From Paracoccaceae bacterium (GTDB lineage Bacteria > Pseudomonadota > Alphaproteobacteria > Rhodobacterales > Rhodobacteraceae): a DNA stretch of 64,000 nucleotides. The DNA is taken from positions 3,289 through 67,288 of the forward strand of contig WOZM01000031.1 of assembly GCA_011620265.1 (NCBI GenBank), read 5' to 3'. A program made the position numbers and the translations under genes. This document shows, in pieces, positions 36,043 to 44,165 of this stretch (the first letter of the stretch is position 1; every line of letters starts with the position of its first letter). The notes below the pieces were generated by a model. The model searched no databases, was not told the origin of the DNA, and saw only the letters and a program-made list of their open reading frames with translations.

Positions 36043-36473
36043 CCCCCGACCACTGGCTTTCCGTCCTGGCCCGGATCACGCCCGAAGGCCCGGTGGACCT
36101 CGACGCGGGCGAAGCGCCGCCCGCGCGCCGTGGCACCGGGCTCGGTGGCTGGTCGTCCGAGGCGCCGCCGCCCTCGCCCCGGCTTTGGGAACGCGCGGAT
36201 ACCGGCGCCTCCTATCTCGGCATCCGGGTCGACGCGCCGCTCGCCGATCCGGCACACGTCGCGCTGCGCCTCGCCGCCGCGGCGCTTGAACGCGGGGTGA
36301 CGCCGGTCATCCTCACCTCGCTCGGGCAGAGCGGTTTCGAGCGCTTCGGCTTCCGCGTCGAACGCTTCGTGCCGGGCGAGGGGGCCGACCGCGCCGCGTG
36401 GGAGGCGGAGATGACCGCCTTCTGGTCGCTCGCGCTCATCATCGACGCGGCCGATGTCGCGGCGCTTGGCTGA
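36039..36473 (+). CDS. Hypothetical protein
   Basis: The 144-aa ORF has an ATGA overlap with the upstream gene. No motif was recognised. The coding call rests on overlap coupling and codon usage. Confidence 0.45.
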   Translation: MTPDHWLSVLARITPEGPVDLDAGEAPPARRGTGLGGWSSEAPPPSPRLWERADTGASYLGIRVDAPLADPAHVALRLAAAALERGVTPVILTSLGQSGFERFGFRVERFVPGEGADRAAWEAEMTAFWSLALIIDAADVAALG

Positions 36474-36561
36474 CGGATGTGGAACTCATCGGACCAAAGG
36501 CCGTATCGCCCCGCGCCGATGGCCCATAGAAGACAGGACGGGGCAGCCGGTCGGGCACGAG

Positions 36562-37959
36562 ATGACGCCAACCTTCAGATCCTGGAACGATCTTTCCCTC
36601 GCGGCGCAGTTTGCTTTCGCGGGCGGCGTCATCATGATCCTGTCGATGATCCTCATCGGCCGCGTCGTCGCCGCCCGGATCGAGGACGGGGTGGTGCGCA
36701 ACACCGCGCTCGCCACCTCGCAATACATGGACAGCATCGTGTCGCCGCTGAGCCAGGACATGGCCGAAGGCGACATGCTGCCCCCCGGCGCCCGCCGCGC
36801 CCTCGACGAGATATTCACCAATACCCCGCTCGGCGAAAGGGTAGTGTCGTTCAAGCTCTGGAAACCAAGCGGGCTCGTCGTCCATTCGATCGACCCCACC
36901 ATCGTCGGTCAGAAGTTCGAGATCAGCGAGAACCTCGCCGCCGCCATCGCCGGCGAGGTCCGCGCCGATTTCAAGGATCTGAGCGACGAGGAGGACCAGG
37001 GCGAGAACGCGCTCGGCCTGCCGCTCCTGGAGATCTATTCGCCGGTGCGCGAGGTCTGGTCGGGCAAGGTGATCGGCGTCGCGGAGTTCTACGAGGTCGC
37101 GACCCAGCTTGAACGCGACCTCGCCGGGGCCAAGCGCAACAGCTGGATCGCGGTGGCGCTGACGTTCCTCTCGATCGGCGGGATCCTCTATCTCATCGTG
37201 TTGCGCGGCAGCCGGATCATCGACCGCCAGCGCGACGCGCTGACCCGCCAGCTCACCGAACTCGTCAATCTCTCGGCGCACAACACCGCCCTCCGGCAGC
37301 GGGTGCAGCAGGCCGCCGCCCGGTCTTCGGCGATGAACGATCAGGCGCTGAGGCGGATCGGCGCCGATCTTCACGACGGCCCGGCCCAGCTTCTCGGCTT
37401 CGCGGCGCTCCGGCTCGACACCCTGCGCGGACAGGTTCGCGACACCGCCGAACTCGACGGGGTCGAGCGCGCGGTCAAGGATGCGATCCGCGAGGTGCGC
37501 TCGATCTCCAAGGGCCTGTCGCTGCCCGATATCGACAGCCGCAGCGCCGGGCAGATCGTGCGCGGCGTGGCCGAGACCCATGCGGCACGGACCGGCGCGC
37601 CGGTCGATGTCGCCTGCGATCTGCCTGCCGACCTCGCCCTGTCGCAGGCGGTGAAGATCTGCCTCTACCGCTTCGTGCAGGAGGGGTTGAACAACGCCTG
37701 GCGCTATGCCGGCGGGGTGGGGCAGGAGGTCCGGCTCGGCTTCGCGGACGGGACGCTCTGCCTTGCCGTGCGCGACCGGGGGCCGGGCATGGTGACGGGG
37801 CCGGACGGGTTGCCCGAGGGCGGCGGCGACTTCTCCGGCATCGGCCTCCGGGGGTTGCGCGACCGGGTCGAAAGCCTCGGCGGCACCCTCACGGCGGGCA
37901 ATCGCCCGGACGGGAAGGGGGCCGAGATACGGATGGAACTGGACATGAGGTCAACATGA
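36562..37959 (+). CDS. Sensor histidine kinase, NarX/DesK-type (HisKA_3)
   Basis: The start is the ATG at 36562. Two TM helices flank a periplasmic domain of about 150 aa. The H-box is RRIGADLHDGPAQLL, and the ATPase domain reads LYRFVQEGLNNAWRYAG...GIGLRGLRDRVESLGG. Confidence 0.85.
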   Translation: MTPTFRSWNDLSLAAQFAFAGGVIMILSMILIGRVVAARIEDGVVRNTALATSQYMDSIVSPLSQDMAEGDMLPPGARRALDEIFTNTPLGERVVSFKLWKPSGLVVHSIDPTIVGQKFEISENLAAAIAGEVRADFKDLSDEEDQGENALGLPLLEIYSPVREVWSGKVIGVAEFYEVATQLERDLAGAKRNSWIAVALTFLSIGGILYLIVLRGSRIIDRQRDALTRQLTELVNLSAHNTALRQRVQQAAARSSAMNDQALRRIGADLHDGPAQLLGFAALRLDTLRGQVRDTAELDGVERAVKDAIREVRSISKGLSLPDIDSRSAGQIVRGVAETHAARTGAPVDVACDLPADLALSQAVKICLYRFVQEGLNNAWRYAGGVGQEVRLGFADGTLCLAVRDRGPGMVTGPDGLPEGGGDFSGIGLRGLRDRVESLGGTLTAGNRPDGKGAEIRMELDMRST

Positions 37960-38606
37960 TGGGCGAAATCCGCGTGGTCATCGCCGACGATCATCCGCTC
38001 TACCGCGAAGGGGTGGCGCGCAGCCTCTCCGACGATGCGGCGATCACGGTCGTGGGGCAGGGGCAGGACGCCGATTCGGCGGTCGAACTGACCGAACGGC
38101 TGCGGCCTGACATCGTGCTCCTCGACCTCTCGATGCCCGCCGGCGGCGGCATCGGCGCGCTTCGCCGGATCATGGCGATGGAGGCGCCGCCGCGGGTCGC
38201 GATGCTGACCGTGTCGGAGGAAGACGACGACGTGATGCAGGCGCTGAAGGCCGGGGCGGTCGGCTACGTCCTGAAGGGCGTCGGCTCGCGCGAGCTTGTC
38301 TCTATCGTCAAGGAGGTGGCGCGGGGGCAGTCCTATGTCTCGCCCGCACTCGCCGCCCGCATTCTCAACGCGATGCGCGAGGGCGGCGGGGTCCGGCGCG
38401 GGGCCAATCCCATCGACGATCTCTCCAAGCGCGAGGAGGACATCCTCAAGCTCGTCGCCGAAGGCAAGAGCAACAAGGAGGTGGGACGCGCGCTCGACCT
38501 GCAGGAAAAGACCGTCAAGCACTACATGACGGCGATCCTGCAAAAGCTGCATGTGCGCAACCGCGTGGAGGCGGCGGTGCTGGCGCGCGATCACTGGAAG
38601 AAGTAG
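37956..38606 (+). CDS. Response regulator, NarL/FixJ family (LuxR-type HTH)
   Basis: The 216-aa ORF has a receiver domain (VVIADDHPLYREG...DIVLLDLSMP) and an HTH (LSKREEDILKLVAEGKSNKEVGRALDLQEKTVKHYMTAILQKL). It overlaps the kinase stop. Confidence 0.9.
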   Translation: MMGEIRVVIADDHPLYREGVARSLSDDAAITVVGQGQDADSAVELTERLRPDIVLLDLSMPAGGGIGALRRIMAMEAPPRVAMLTVSEEDDDVMQALKAGAVGYVLKGVGSRELVSIVKEVARGQSYVSPALAARILNAMREGGGVRRGANPIDDLSKREEDILKLVAEGKSNKEVGRALDLQEKTVKHYMTAILQKLHVRNRVEAAVLARDHWKK

Positions 38607-38649
38607 GTCAGGCGCCGTCGGGATCGCCGATTGCCGGAAGCGGCCGGTC

Positions 38650-39318
38650 TCAGTCGAGGTTCAGCATCGTCCGGATGCGGCGGATATCCTCGGACGTGAC
38701 CGGGCGACGGGCGACGGTGCGGCCTCTCGGGTCCTTCAGCACGTAGGAACCGCGCGACACGATCTCGCGCCAGCCGCGAAAATCGGTGATGTCGATGGCG
38801 CCTTGCGCCTCGTCCACCTGGGCGACGTTCTGAACCTCGCGCCGGCCGTCCCGCCGGCCGGACGTGGAACCGAGCGCCCGCAGCCGGTTCAGGTCCGACC
38901 GCCGGGCTGCCCGGCTTTCGACGACGCGCCCGCGCCGGTCGAGTGACTCGAAGCGGCTGCCGCGGATGCGTTCGGTATGGCCGTCGGAAAACTGGACATG
39001 GATTCCGTCGCCACCGAAGAGCGTACCGCCGCCCGAGCCCGATCGGCTTGATCCGGTGCCGGAGCTTCCCGATCCCGAACTGCCGCCAGAGCTGGAGCCC
39101 GATCCCGAACTGCCCGATCCCGAACTGCCCGACCCGGAATTTCCGGAGCCGCTGCTGTCATCATCATCGCCGTCACCGTCATCGCCGTCATCATCATCAT
39201 CGGACGATCCGCTCTTGGCATAGGCCGCGCCGCCCTCGTGATCGAAGAGCGGCTGGACCAACGGAATCGCACCCCAGATCAGGGCGACGATAAGGGTGAA
39301 GGCGACGACCTGCCGCAC
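38650..39318 (-). CDS. Secreted/anchored protein: N-terminal TM, [AL]AKSG motif, extreme Asp/Ser/Gly tract, two copies of a ~45-aa basic module
   Basis: The 222-aa ORF starts at a GTG with an AGGAG RBS. The tract is SGSSDDDDDGDDGDGDDDDSSGSGNSGSGSSGSGSSGSGSSSGGSSGSGSSGTGS. The two modules are GIHVQFSDGHTERIRGSRFESLDRRGRVVESRAARRSDLNRL and AIDITDFRGWREIVSRGSYVLKDPRGRTVARRPVTSEDIRRI. Confidence 0.6.
   Translation of the reverse strand: MRQVVAFTLIVALIWGAIPLVQPLFDHEGGAAYAKSGSSDDDDDGDDGDGDDDDSSGSGNSGSGSSGSGSSGSGSSSGGSSGSGSSGTGSSRSGSGGGTLFGGDGIHVQFSDGHTERIRGSRFESLDRRGRVVESRAARRSDLNRLRALGSTSGRRDGRREVQNVAQVDEAQGAIDITDFRGWREIVSRGSYVLKDPRGRTVARRPVTSEDIRRIRTMLNLD
39025..39213 (-). repeat. Low-complexity coding repeats (includes CCCGATCCCGAACTGCC three times)
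   Basis: Near-identical 17-nt units start at 39068, 39098 and 39113. ATC/GTC triplet runs span 39160-39200. This region encodes the D/S/G tract. Confidence 0.8.
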
Positions 39319-39342
39319 GAAGGGCTCCTGTCCGGGTCTGAA

Positions 39343-39362
39343 CCGGCGGATCCTTCCGCCGG
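39343..39362 (-). terminator. Possible hairpin terminator (CCGGCGGA-TCCT-TCCGCCGG)
   Basis: A perfect 8-bp stem lies in the gap between the two acidic-protein genes. There is no obvious U-tract. Confidence 0.3.
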
Positions 39363-39427
39363 CCGAAATCCGGGGTCCGCCAACGTGCGCGGCCCCCGGA
39401 TCCTCTTGTCTTCCGCGTCCGGTCGCC

Positions 39428-39967
39428 TCAGTTGAGGCCCATGATCCGGTCGATGTCGGCCTGCGTCGCCGGGCGTTCCTCGACCGTGCGACCGGCCGAA
39501 TTCTTGCGCTCGTAGCGGCCGGCCTCGATCTCTTCCTTGGTGCCGTCGGAATAGCGCACTTCGACGCCGGACGACGAAACCTCGATCTTCGAAACGCTCA
39601 CGCCATCGCCGGAACCGTCCGCCGCGCCGCCCGAGCTGGACGAGGATCCGTCGCTGCTGCTGCTGCTGTCGTCGTCGCTGTCGTCGTCGCTGCTGTCGTC
39701 GTCATCGTCGCCGCTGTCATCGTCATCGTCGCCGCTGCTGCCTCGCCCGCTGTTGTCGTCATCGTCGTCGTCCCGGCCGCTGCCGCCCGAGCCGCCATTG
39801 TCGTCGCCGCCGTCGTCATCGCCGCTCTTGGCGAGAGCCTGGGAGGCTTTCACCGTGACGATTCCGTCGGCGCTTCCGAGCTCGATCTTGAACGGCATCG
39901 CCGTGATGAAGGCCGCCGTGCCGAGGATGATCGCGATCCGGCCGGGCTTGAAAATCAGGTCTTCCAT
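39428..39967 (-). CDS. Paralogue of the acidic-tract protein (one basic module)
   Basis: The ATG at 39965-39967 (MEDLIFKPGRIAIILGTAAFITAM) lies 7 nt after AAGGAGA. The ORF track starts 21 nt further upstream. The protein has the motif LAKSG, then DDDGGDDNGGSGGSGRDDDDDDNSGRGSSGDDDDDSGDDDDDSSDDDSDDDSSSSSDGSSSSS, then the module GVEVRYSDGTKEEIEAGRYERKNSAGRTVEERPATQADIDRI. Confidence 0.6.
   Translation of the reverse strand: MEDLIFKPGRIAIILGTAAFITAMPFKIELGSADGIVTVKASQALAKSGDDDGGDDNGGSGGSGRDDDDDDNSGRGSSGDDDDDSGDDDDDSSDDDSDDDSSSSSDGSSSSSGGAADGSGDGVSVSKIEVSSSGVEVRYSDGTKEEIEAGRYERKNSAGRTVEERPATQADIDRIMGLN
39602..39826 (-). repeat. Triplet (GTC/ATC/GCT)n low-complexity coding repeat
   Basis: Long runs of gtcgtcgtc/atcgtcatc/gctgctgct are visible at 39650-39780. 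They encode the poly-Asp/Ser tract. Confidence 0.8.
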
Positions 39968-40189
39968 TTCATTTCTCCTTGCGTTCACCGCCGAGTTGCC
40001 CGGCGCTGAACCCGTCCTCGCACGTCGCCTGGGCTGCGTTAATCCCGCAGGGTCTTCTGCCGGCGCGGGCCGGACTTATTCGGGACGATCATCGGCCTGT
40101 CGGCTGAACGAGTCATCGGACCAAGGTCTGAAAAGACGCGCCGCGCGGGTGCGTGACAGGCGGAGGCCGAGGCGCGCCGGCGGCCCGGA

Positions 40190-41236
40190 TCAGTCGGGCT
40201 GGAAGCCGCCGATCAACTGGCGCAGGCCGAACATCCCGCCCAGGACGATCGCCGCCAGCGTCACCGGCGCCGAGAAGGCGAGCGTCGCCATCGCCGTCAC
40301 CCACTGTCCGACCGAACAGCCGAGCGCCAGCGTGCCGCCGATCCCCATCAGCGCGGCGCCCGAGACCTGCCGGCCAAGCTCGCGCGGATCCTCGCAGGCC
40401 TCCCAGCGGAAGAGTCCGCGGATCGTCGATCCGGCGAAAGCGCCGAGAAGGACGCCCGAGACGATGCCGACCGAGAAGGTCACGCCACCCGCGGTCGAGG
40501 TCATGAAGAAGATGATCGTGCGGCCAAGGGGCGCGGTGAAGGACGGCCCCTCGACCCCGATCTCGCCGAAGCTCGCTTCGTGAAGCCAGCTTGTCGCGAC
40601 AAGGCACCAGACGACCGACAGCCCGGCCGCCACGCCCCATGCGACCTTGGCCTTCGCCTGGCGCAGCGGCGCGTGCGACAGGCCCCAGGCGAGGACGGCA
40701 AGCCCTATGACAAGCGCGAAGGCCAGGGGCGGCAGCCCGGTCTGCGCCGCCAGCCAGTGGGCGATGCCCTGCGGGCTGGTGGCGTCGGTCTGCGGGAAGA
40801 TCGCCGCGCGCAAGGGCGCGATCGGGCCGGAGAGGGTGACGAAGGCGAAGATGCCGATCACCACGACGACGACGAGCGACCGAAGGTCGCCGCCGCCGAA
40901 CCGCACCAGCGCGCCGAAGCCGCAATTGCCGGCCATCGCCATGCCGTAGCCGAAGACCAGCCCGCCGACGATCGAGGCCGCCGGGCTCCAGGCGATGGTG
41001 TGATAGAAGGTGGCGGTGGGGGCGGCAACGCCGAGCGCCTCGGCCACGAAAGTGCCGATGATCGCCACGCCGAGAACCACGCCCCAGAGCCTGAGCCGCC
41101 GCTGGTCGGCGCCGTAGACGGCCGATTCGAGCGCGCCGAGGGTGCAGAAATCCCCCAGCCGCGCCGAAAGCCCCAGAATGAGACCGCCCGCGAGGCCGGC
41201 AAGCGCGGCCAGAACGCCCGGTGGTATCGTGTCCAT
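40190..41236 (-). CDS. soxT: YeeE/YedE-family sulfur-compound (thiosulfate) membrane transporter, SoxT-like
   Basis: The 348-aa polytopic protein has the duplicated conserved Cys motifs GDFCTLGALE and MAGNCGFGAL / LALGCSVGQ. It occupies the position of soxT downstream of soxS-soxR. Confidence 0.8.
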   Translation of the reverse strand: MDTIPPGVLAALAGLAGGLILGLSARLGDFCTLGALESAVYGADQRRLRLWGVVLGVAIIGTFVAEALGVAAPTATFYHTIAWSPAASIVGGLVFGYGMAMAGNCGFGALVRFGGGDLRSLVVVVVIGIFAFVTLSGPIAPLRAAIFPQTDATSPQGIAHWLAAQTGLPPLAFALVIGLAVLAWGLSHAPLRQAKAKVAWGVAAGLSVVWCLVATSWLHEASFGEIGVEGPSFTAPLGRTIIFFMTSTAGGVTFSVGIVSGVLLGAFAGSTIRGLFRWEACEDPRELGRQVSGAALMGIGGTLALGCSVGQWVTAMATLAFSAPVTLAAIVLGGMFGLRQLIGGFQPD

Positions 41237-41278
41237 CCCTGTTCTCCCCTCGGGGGGGCCTCGCCCCCCGTCCCGCTC

Positions 41279-41716
41279 CTAGGCCTCCCGGCAGAAGAGC
41301 TCGTTCAACAGACCGATCATGCGCGCGGTTCGCGGGTCGCTCAAGGAATAGTAGATCACCTTCCCGTCGCGCCGCGCCTTCACCAGCCCCTCCAGCCGCA
41401 ATCGGGCGAGCTGCTGGCTGACCGCAGCCTGCCGCGAGGCGAGCAGGGTTTCAAGCTCGGTCACCGACTTTTCGCCGTCGACCAGATGGCAGAGGATCAT
41501 CAGCCGGCCCTCATGGGCAAGCGCCTTCAGGTAGCCGGCCGCCTCGTCCGCCTGACCGACGAGATCCTCTGCCGCCGCCGCCTCGGCGGCGCCGGCGGGG
41601 GGCACTCCGGCATCGCCGGAGCGCTGGCGTTTCTCAAAGGGCCAGGTCATCCGCAGCCGCCGCGCATCCGCCAAGGGCGCAGGCATCGACGATCCCGGGG
41701 GCCGGCGCGCCGGCAA
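41279..41716 (-). CDS. soxR: ArsR-family repressor SoxR
   Basis: The HTH is LKALAHEGRLMILCHLVDGEKSVTELETLLASRQAAVSQQLARLRLEGLV. The start is uncertain, and an alternative ATG at 41650 gives 123 aa. Confidence 0.8.
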   Translation of the reverse strand: MPARRPPGSSMPAPLADARRLRMTWPFEKRQRSGDAGVPPAGAAEAAAAEDLVGQADEAAGYLKALAHEGRLMILCHLVDGEKSVTELETLLASRQAAVSQQLARLRLEGLVKARRDGKVIYYSLSDPRTARMIGLLNELFCREA

Positions 41717-41752
41717 TGCCGTCCGGGGTTCCGGGCGGGTCCGTCAGGGTCT

Positions 41753-42127
41753 TCATCGTGTCTCCTGTCCCTCAAATTCGCCGGTCTCCGTCATCATCCG
41801 CGCGAGAAGGCCCCAGAAGAAGTCCTCTCCCGGATAGCCTTCGATCCGGCCGGCCTCCCGGTCATCCTGCACGAGGATGAAGGTCGGCGTGAAGACCGGA
41901 CGGGGGCCAAGCTCGATCCCCTCGGGATAGGGTCCGCGCAACTGCACCCGCTCCAGAGGCGCGGCCTGGCCTTCCGGTGTCCTGGGATAGATCGGCGCGA
42001 TCTCGGCGTCCCAGCGCGCGCAATAGGCGCAGCCCGGCTGCTCCACCATCAGGAGCCGCAACTCGGCCGCGGCCGGCGCCGCGAGCGAGGCCAGGAACAG
42101 GGCGGAAAGGGCAAGAGCGCGAAGCAT
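41753..42127 (-). CDS. soxS: Periplasmic thioredoxin-like protein SoxS
   Basis: The 124-aa ORF has a signal peptide MLRALALSALFLASLAAPAAA and the redox motif PGCAYC. It is divergent from soxV. Confidence 0.8.
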   Translation of the reverse strand: MLRALALSALFLASLAAPAAAELRLLMVEQPGCAYCARWDAEIAPIYPRTPEGQAAPLERVQLRGPYPEGIELGPRPVFTPTFILVQDDREAGRIEGYPGEDFFWGLLARMMTETGEFEGQETR

Positions 42128-42143
42128 GGTTGACGCCTCTGCA

Positions 42144-42172
42144 ATTACATATAAAAATCGTAATATGTTTTT
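42144..42172. promoter_or_regulatory. Candidate SoxR operator in the soxS-soxV intergenic region (ACATAT-N10-ATATGT)
   Basis: A strongly AT-rich dyad, aattACATATaaaaatcgtaATATGTtttt, lies between the divergent starts at 42127 and 42199. Confidence 0.4.
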
Positions 42173-42198
42173 GCGTTACGGGCAAGGCGGGGGAAACT

Positions 42199-42939
42199 GT
42201 GCTTTTTGATCCAACCATCGGCGGCGCGCTCATCGCCGGGCTCCTGTCGTTCCTCTCGCCCTGCATCCTGCCGATGGTGCCGTTCTACCTGTGCTACATG
42301 GCCGGGATCTCGATGGCCGAACTGAGGTCGGACCAGACCATCGCACCGGGGGCGCAGAGGCGGCTGGTTCTCTCCGCTTTCGCCTTCGCGCTCGGCGTCA
42401 CCTCGATCTTCATGCTTCTCGGCATGGGGGCGACGGCGCTCGGCCAGGTCTTCCGGCAATGGCTTGAGCCGCTGTCGTGGGTCGCCGCCGCGATCCTCTT
42501 CGTCTTCGGCCTGCACTTCCTCGGCATCCTGCGCATTCCGTTCCTCTACCGCGAGGCGCGGATCGAGGCGAAGGTGGAGCCGACGACGGTGGTCGGCGCC
42601 TACATCATGGGTCTCGCCTTCGGCTTCGGCTGGACGCCCTGCGTCGGTCCGGCGCTCGCGGCGATTCTCATGGTCGCCTCCAGCCTCGACGCGATCTGGC
42701 GGGGGGCGGCCCTGCTCTTCGTCTACGGGGCGGGCATGACCGCGCCCTTCGTCCTCGCCGCCGTGTTCGCGAAACCGTTTCTTGCCTGGATGAACCGCAA
42801 CCGCAAATATCTCGGCCATGTGGAAAAGGTGATGGGGGTGATGCTCATCCTCTTCGCCGTGCTGATCGCCACCGGTTCGGTCAACGCCATCGCCGATTTC
42901 ATGATCCGCCACATGCCCTGGACGACGAAATTCATCTGA
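42199..42939 (+). CDS. soxV: CcdA/DsbD-family membrane thiol-disulfide electron transporter SoxV
   Basis: The GTG at 42199 gives VLFDPTIGGALIAGLLSFLSPCILPMVPFYL. A second conserved Cys lies in GFGWTPCVGP. The protein is 246 aa. Confidence 0.85.
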   Translation: MLFDPTIGGALIAGLLSFLSPCILPMVPFYLCYMAGISMAELRSDQTIAPGAQRRLVLSAFAFALGVTSIFMLLGMGATALGQVFRQWLEPLSWVAAAILFVFGLHFLGILRIPFLYREARIEAKVEPTTVVGAYIMGLAFGFGWTPCVGPALAAILMVASSLDAIWRGAALLFVYGAGMTAPFVLAAVFAKPFLAWMNRNRKYLGHVEKVMGVMLILFAVLIATGSVNAIADFMIRHMPWTTKFI

Positions 42940-42959
42940 TATCCCTGAGGGAGGACACC

Positions 42960-43535
42960 ATGCACCGCTTCATCGCTTCCGCCGCCGTCGCGCTTTCGCT
43001 CGCCCTTCCGGCCGCCGCGCTCGAGGTTCCGCCGCTTGGCGACGACGGGCTGCACAAGCCGGCCTGGCTCCGCGACACGTTCAAGGACATGCGCGAGGAC
43101 CTGGCCGAGGCCAATGCGGAGGGAAAGCGCCTTCTCGTCATCGTCGAGCAGCGCGGCTGCATCTACTGCACCAGGATGCACGAGGAGATCTTCCCCGAGC
43201 CCGAGATCGACGCGCTGCTTCGCGACAACTATTTCGTCGTGCAGATGAACCTCTTCGGCGATGTCGAGGTGACGGATTTCGACGGCGAATCGCTGCCGGA
43301 GAAGGACATGGCGGTGAAATGGGGCGTGGTCTTCACGCCCACCATGATCTTCCTGCCCGAAGAGGTTGCCGAGGGGCAGACCGTGTCGCAGGCTGCCGTC
43401 GTGTCGATGCCGGGCGCTTTCGGCAAACAAACCACGGCGGCGCTGCTGACCTGGGTGAAGGATCACGGCTACGAATCGGGCGAGCATTTCCAGAAATACC
43501 TCGCCGAGCGCGTGACCGGCGGCATGTCGAACTGA
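42960..43535 (+). CDS. soxW: Periplasmic thioredoxin SoxW
   Basis: The ATG at 42960 follows GAGGGAGGA. It has a signal peptide and the redox motif GCIYC. The protein is 191 aa. Confidence 0.85.
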   Translation: MHRFIASAAVALSLALPAAALEVPPLGDDGLHKPAWLRDTFKDMREDLAEANAEGKRLLVIVEQRGCIYCTRMHEEIFPEPEIDALLRDNYFVVQMNLFGDVEVTDFDGESLPEKDMAVKWGVVFTPTMIFLPEEVAEGQTVSQAAVVSMPGAFGKQTTAALLTWVKDHGYESGEHFQKYLAERVTGGMSN

Positions 43536-43573
43536 ACGCGGCCGCCGGGCGGTGTTCCGCCACCGTTGTATTC

Positions 43574-43600
43574 ACATATTCACGCAGTTGAATTTTATGT
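43574..43600. promoter_or_regulatory. Candidate second SoxR operator / soxX promoter region (ACATAT ... TTATGT)
   Basis: An AT-rich segment, ttcACATATtcacgcagttgaattTTATGTtg, lies in the soxW-soxX gap. It shares half-sites with the soxS-soxV dyad but has different spacing. Confidence 0.3.
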
Positions 43601-43659
43601 TGCATCGAGTGGCCGGCCTCCGTTACCTTCGGATTCGGGAGAGAACAGGGAGGACTTCA

Positions 43660-44124
43660 ATGAAGCGCCATATATTGCTGGGCCTGCTGCTGTCCGCGGT
43701 CACGGCCACGGCCGAAACGGCTCCGGCCGCCGTGACCTTCGAGGAAGGCGCGGTCGCGCAGTCCCTGACGGGCGTCGCCGGCGATCCCGCCGAGGGGGCG
43801 AAGGTGATGTCGAACCGCGCGCTCGGCAACTGCGTGGCCTGCCACACGGTCTCGGCGATGCCGGACGTCGCGTTCCAGGGCAATGTCGGGCCGTCGCTCG
43901 ACGGCGCCGCCGAGCGCTGGGAAGAAGCCCAGCTTCGCGGCATCGTCTCGGACGCCAAGATGACCTTCGACGGCTCGGTCATGCCGTCCTTCTACAAGAC
44001 CGGGCCCTATATCCGGCCCGGCGACGCCTTCACCGGCAAGGCGCCCGAAGGCGAGCTTCCGCCGATGCTGACCGCACAACAGATCGAGGATGTCGTGGCC
44101 TATCTTCTGACGCTCAAGGAATGA
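43660..44124 (+). CDS. soxX: Monoheme cytochrome c SoxX
   Basis: The ATG at 43660 follows GGGAGGA. It has a signal peptide and the heme motif CVACH. The protein is 154 aa. Confidence 0.9.
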   Translation: MKRHILLGLLLSAVTATAETAPAAVTFEEGAVAQSLTGVAGDPAEGAKVMSNRALGNCVACHTVSAMPDVAFQGNVGPSLDGAAERWEEAQLRGIVSDAKMTFDGSVMPSFYKTGPYIRPGDAFTGKAPEGELPPMLTAQQIEDVVAYLLTLKE

Positions 44125-44165
44125 GCGGCCACGGGATCCGAACCAGACAGGAAAAGGAGCGTAAG

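Noticed and set aside
39025-39826. A CRISPR array or non-coding satellite at the repetitive stretches. The same idea was considered at 49709..49753.
   Set aside because: The repeats are short, lie in frame inside ORFs, and encode D/S/G or APAAE tracts. There is no repeat-spacer periodicity.
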